Source: Lingula anatina
Taxonomy: Eukaryota > Animalia > Brachiopoda
Reading direction: 5' to 3'
Assembly (NCBI GenBank): GCA_051362555.1
Contig: CM120642.1
Span: forward strand, 30,814,001-30,878,000
Length of the DNA: 64,000 bases
Positions 59,588-64,000 of the stretch are shown here, piece by piece; position 1 is the first letter of the stretch, and each line of letters starts with the position of its first letter. Position numbers and translations under genes: made by a program. The notes under the pieces were generated by a model. It had not been told where the DNA came from. It did no database searches and was given only the letters and a program-made list of their open reading frames with translations.

Positions 59588-62500
59588 AAGTCCAACTTCA
59601 TACACATGAAAATATGAATAGCTAAAAATTGTCCATTTTCACTTGATTTTGTAGTGCAAAAAAGGCTTCCACTTCAGACAGCGTGAATGGACAACCAAGA
59701 AGGTGCAAACAAACTGATGGCAACAAAGTACTAGTAATTAAATTTCTTTCAAGAATAATTTTTACTTGCTTTGCACTGGTTATTTTCTGTGTGATATTCA
59801 CAAAATGGAGAAGGGCAAGTCTTAGAAATTAAATGGTCTTTGAGACTTTGTACAATAGAAATTGTTTTACATCTTACAAAGTATAGAGTTTGGCATTTGT
59901 TTACATGACAGTTCTCACCAAAACAATTTAAAAATTTTTAAATTTCAAAATAAAATTTTGAATAATTAAATATCCCTTACACTTTGACATCTTTATTCAA
60001 ATCTGTACAATAATACCACAAAGTAAACAAAAGTACCATTTCAGTAACTTTTTTCACATAAGCAAAGTTATCTTGAGATATTTTTCCCATTATAAAGGAG
60101 CATGTCACAGATATTTTCGCCCTCTTCCTTTCTATGCATACACAGCCTTGGATATATAATAACTCTCCCTTTCTTCATCATCATTTCCCAAGTTTTTATT
60201 AATTTAACCCTCTATATATAACTCTCTCATTTTAAAGTGCTTTGGCTCGAGCAGTATTATCTCAGTTAAGTATTTCTCCATTCAAACCATCGCCCAGTAA
60301 CTGTGCCAAGCTATGAGTACGCAGCAGGGCCTCCAGCCTGACCTTTTGACTGGCCTCGTGACTGGCTCTCCACACCCGTCACCATAGCAACAGAAATGTT
60401 ATCATGGTCAAATGGTCATTCTATTCAGGATACGTTATCTGTTGCCCTGAAATACCCCCTGCCCACCAGTTGTAATTGCCTGTAGGAAAATAGCTCTCGC
60501 TCTGTCAAGCCCACATTATGATGATCAAGCTCTCTCTTCTCTCTCTCTGTGTGAACAGCTATTCACAAAAACAAACTTGATTTTTTTTTCTGCCTTGTCT
60601 AGCAAAATATCAAAAGTCAGAAGCAGGTTGACGACAATTTGCTGTTTAAAACTATACAAATACTCCATCTGAAGTTCATCAAAATACTGTTTACAACAAT
60701 AGATTACTTTTTTCATTTATTGATTTGTTTGCTTATGTTTTCATGGAAAGAGGCATTTGTATTGCCCTGCTGTAATGGCAATTTTTTCAATGGGCAAAAA
60801 TGATCAATCTTCCAAATACATAATTTTAAAATCATAAAAATTATATTTTTATATAGCATTTGTGATCCTTTTACAGCATATAATTTATAATAGCACTCAT
60901 TGTGTGTGTGTGTGTGTGTGTGGGTGTGTGCGCACACGCACGTACGCACAGGCATGTGTGTGAAATAAGTTTTGTAGAGAGCCTGTAATGTGTGTCTGTA
61001 AAACATTTTTCTGATTAATTCAGTATATACAATTATAAACAAGCAACCTGATTTCAGCATTCATGCTATTTTTCAGTTTCAGTGTTCAACACAAAGACGC
61101 CTAGGGTATAATGTGGTCTTTTGGGAATATTGTGCTATTTATAATGATTATAAATAGCTGGTATGTAATCATAGTGTTATTGACTCCACAAGAAGTTTCG
61201 TTACAAACAGTGGTATAAATTTTTTGCAATTGATCTACAATGCAATTTTATGTCCTCTGATGCAACTTTTGCAGTAATCTTTTCATCTTACACATCTCTC
61301 GCCAAATATAATCAGGGAAGCTTTAATTACCTATTTTTATTTTAATTTATTTATCAATTTATGTGAAAAAGTGACCTACCCAGAATATGCTTGAGCGATT
61401 GGCAATGTTCCCTGTTTGCAAGTGCCATGTCACTGGTTTGGCAGAACTCAACACAAACACAAGCGGACCTGAGTGGGGGCCTGAAAAATAAACAAAAACA
61501 ATCACAGGTTTGGTTAAATCTCTCAAAATTTTAATGAAACTTTAGTACAAGACAGCATGGATGAAAGAGGACTTTTAAAAATCCTGAAAATCCAGGCGCC
61601 AAGGACCTTAACCGGCCTATAAAGGTGGCGTGGAGGACATAATTACAACACCTTAATATCCTGATATTTTTGCAAGACTTTCATCTCTAAATAATTAACC
61701 ATGTGACTTACTACTTTAATCACTTGTCAAAACATTTTAAATATTGAATCTTTCACTATCCAATAACCTCAACCCCTCTTAAAAAACAAGCACACATCCT
61801 CTCCTATTACCTTTCCCTTATCTAACTTATCACCTTCATGAAGTCTTAATCACAATCAAGTTAATACAAATATAACTAGACTAAAACTACACCACTTAAA
61901 AATCTCTTATATTAAACAGGCAGGTGCCGGGAGCAGGAATAACTTAGATAAACAATCAACTCTATCCCCTTCTAATATGGGATGCTGCTGTGTGCCATGC
62001 TGTGCAACAACAGCTCGAATACTATTCAAGCCGATGATGTAATCTGGGATTCATTAAGTTCCATCCAAATACATGTGAAAGGGCCAGAATGAAAATTTCT
62101 TGAAATCAGGACTTCCATAATAATCAGTTGATTAACCACATTTGTAAACAAGAAAAATAAATATGTTGGGAGTTGATAGGTTTCACTGCTTTGTTTCTGA
62201 ACACAACCTAGGAGGGACTCAAAACAAAAACAAAACTTTCTAGGTAAGGACCTATATTCATCACACACTTGCACTCCAGGTGTTGCTAAATCCATACCTG
62301 TTCACTACAAACAGGACTTAAAATATGTGACTTATCTGCTCAATTCATACCTGCACTGGCTGCATACATACAAACAGGACTTAGAGCATGTGACCAAGGC
62401 TGTGTTCACAACTAGTTGATGCGCAAACTAACTAGTTCCTAGATCAAATATGGCAAGACCTACTTGAAAATGTGCCAAAATTTAATAGCTCTGCCCCTGC

Positions 62501-62871
62501 TGGAACGACACACGTGGGGGTGGGGGGGGGTGGGGTAGGTGGGGGGTTCAGTTGTGTACCGTTTTTGTTCGGCAGACTATATAGTCCATGGACCAACTTG
62601 TTGTGAGCAAGGCCTTATCTGTTAAATTCATACCTATTCATTACAAATAAAACCTTACCGGTGAACTCTAGAGGTAGAATATGTAGAGTTATAACAGGAT
62701 GGTCTCCTCCGAGCAACGTTCCCTGTAGGTTGATCACGTGGACTTCCTTGCGACTAGGAGTGATATTAGAACTTACGCACCCTCCAGATGGCGTGAGCTG
62801 CTCGTAGACAGGAGAGACGTAGGGAGAGGAATAAGGATAGGTGATGGCACACTTCGATGCAACTTCAGGGG
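49705..62871 (-). CDS. TGFBR3: Betaglycan / TGF-beta receptor type 3-like (endoglin/TGFBR3 family; orphan domains + ZP module + TM); 5' signal-peptide exon outside window
   Basis: In-frame exons 62871-62659, 61480-61380, 58399-58219, 57803-57677, 54577-54391, 54099-53916, 53593-53364, 52950-52795, 52500-52297, 51994-51844, 51414-51140, 50988-50814, 50387-50205, 49832-49705 (TAG). Motifs EVHVINL, LVFVLSSAKPVTWHL, IHIIEL, NATHFIFKTGYHQCRT, QRFSFEF, and TM GLESGTVVGIAFAAFVIGVLLTGALWYIHTHTG. Confidence 0.92.
50014..50091. repeat. (GT)n microsatellite with GCAT/GCGT extensions; similar tracts at 50633-50693 and 60902-60945
   Basis: Visible runs. Confidence 0.9.
56570..56874. mobile_element. Kolobok-like MITE (~305 bp)
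   Basis: TTAA|AGGGATAACAA ... TTGTTATCCCT|TTAA: 11-bp TIR with purine termini and TTAA TSD. Confidence 0.8.
59491..59588. repeat. (TAAA)n tetranucleotide microsatellite
   Basis: About 20 perfect TAAA units preceded by CAAA variants. Confidence 0.95.
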
Positions 62872-64000
62872 CTGAAATTGAAAAAGAAGACGAAGTTGTT
62901 AATTGAGATGCATTCATTCCATGAAACAAAGCAATCTCTCTGGGTATGTGAGAACTCTAAGATCTCACACAACGTATACAACTTAAACTTATAGTTTAAA
63001 TTTTCAGCAAGAACAAGATATCACTAAATAATTAGAAATTGGCAAAAAAAAATGTAATGCAAGAAAAAAAATCCTTATTTACATTCACCAAAGTTCAAGT
63101 GTTTATTTTGCACAATTAGCAAAACCTGCACATTAACAAAATATGCTGAAGAAGGCAAGGCACTCATCATAATAAGTTCCACAAGCCTGGTTACATGCCA
63201 AAAATTATTTGGGATATGCACATATTAATTGATTGAAAAAGGTATTATCACAAATATGTTACCTAAATCTTCAATGAAGAAGTCATATGCTATTCTAACT
63301 TATGTCCTATTCTAAAACAACCCACTCATTTTATATTATACACTGAAAAGAAGCAAAACCATATCATCAAACATATTTAAAAAGTGTGTAATGGGGGGGG
63401 GGGGGGGGTTGGCAATCTGCACGCATGAAATAATAGAAAGTGTGAAGATATCAATACTGTGTAAACACACAACTAGGCAAAAATCCATACAGCTGGGCTG
63501 AAATTTATTGCTCAATTTGTAACATAGAACATGGACTGTACACAGAGCTGGCTGAAGGTCTCCATACAGGGATGGATTTCTTAACACTTACAATGACTGT
63601 TAATTATGTGCTAAGCGCACCAATTTAAACAATATCCAAGATTTTTTTTTCACTTTTATTTAGTTTTGAAGCAATATCAGTCATCAAGGGGACCACAGGA
63701 TCAAGATTAATCGATTTTTGATGCAAAATGGCAAAGTAAGCTATAATCTTCAGAAAAAAAAATACACCATGTTTTCTTTGGTAAATTTCATATTTTGATT
63801 TCAAGAATTTATATAATTTACATCTTTATTTTCAAAAGTTACAATCTCAACCATTCTATGAAAAAGAAAGAAGTCAGGCTGAGGACACTTGGCACAGGCC
63901 TCACTAGGATAGCTTATTGCTCTTGAAATTGGCATCAGGTCAACCAATAGTACATTCCACTCTGACCTCTTCCATCAAACTAAACAGAACGATGCAACTA

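Overview
AT-rich, intron-containing animal DNA, probably an invertebrate such as a mollusc (inference only). Positions 1-24299 are a near-perfect tandem array of a ~6.02-kb unit: four full copies, with the array running off the left edge. Each unit is a chimera of a left-truncated CMC/EnSpm-like transposon with palindromic subterminal arrays, an antisense fragment of a divergent WDR46 copy, and the POT1 exons encoding the OB1 telomeric ssDNA-binding fold. The repeated four-exon POT1 cassette is phase 0-0 (516 nt, 172 aa) with intact splice sites, and the last copy runs into the single-copy POT1 OB2/OB3 exons (stop 28266). The locus could therefore encode a poly-OB1 POT1. Downstream lie intact WDR46 (-), CDC7 (+, head-to-head with WDR46, with nested DNA transposons in one intron) and a betaglycan/TGFBR3-like gene (-) whose 5' end is outside the window. 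All exon models were derived by eye from GT-AG sites and reading-frame continuity; no searches were run.
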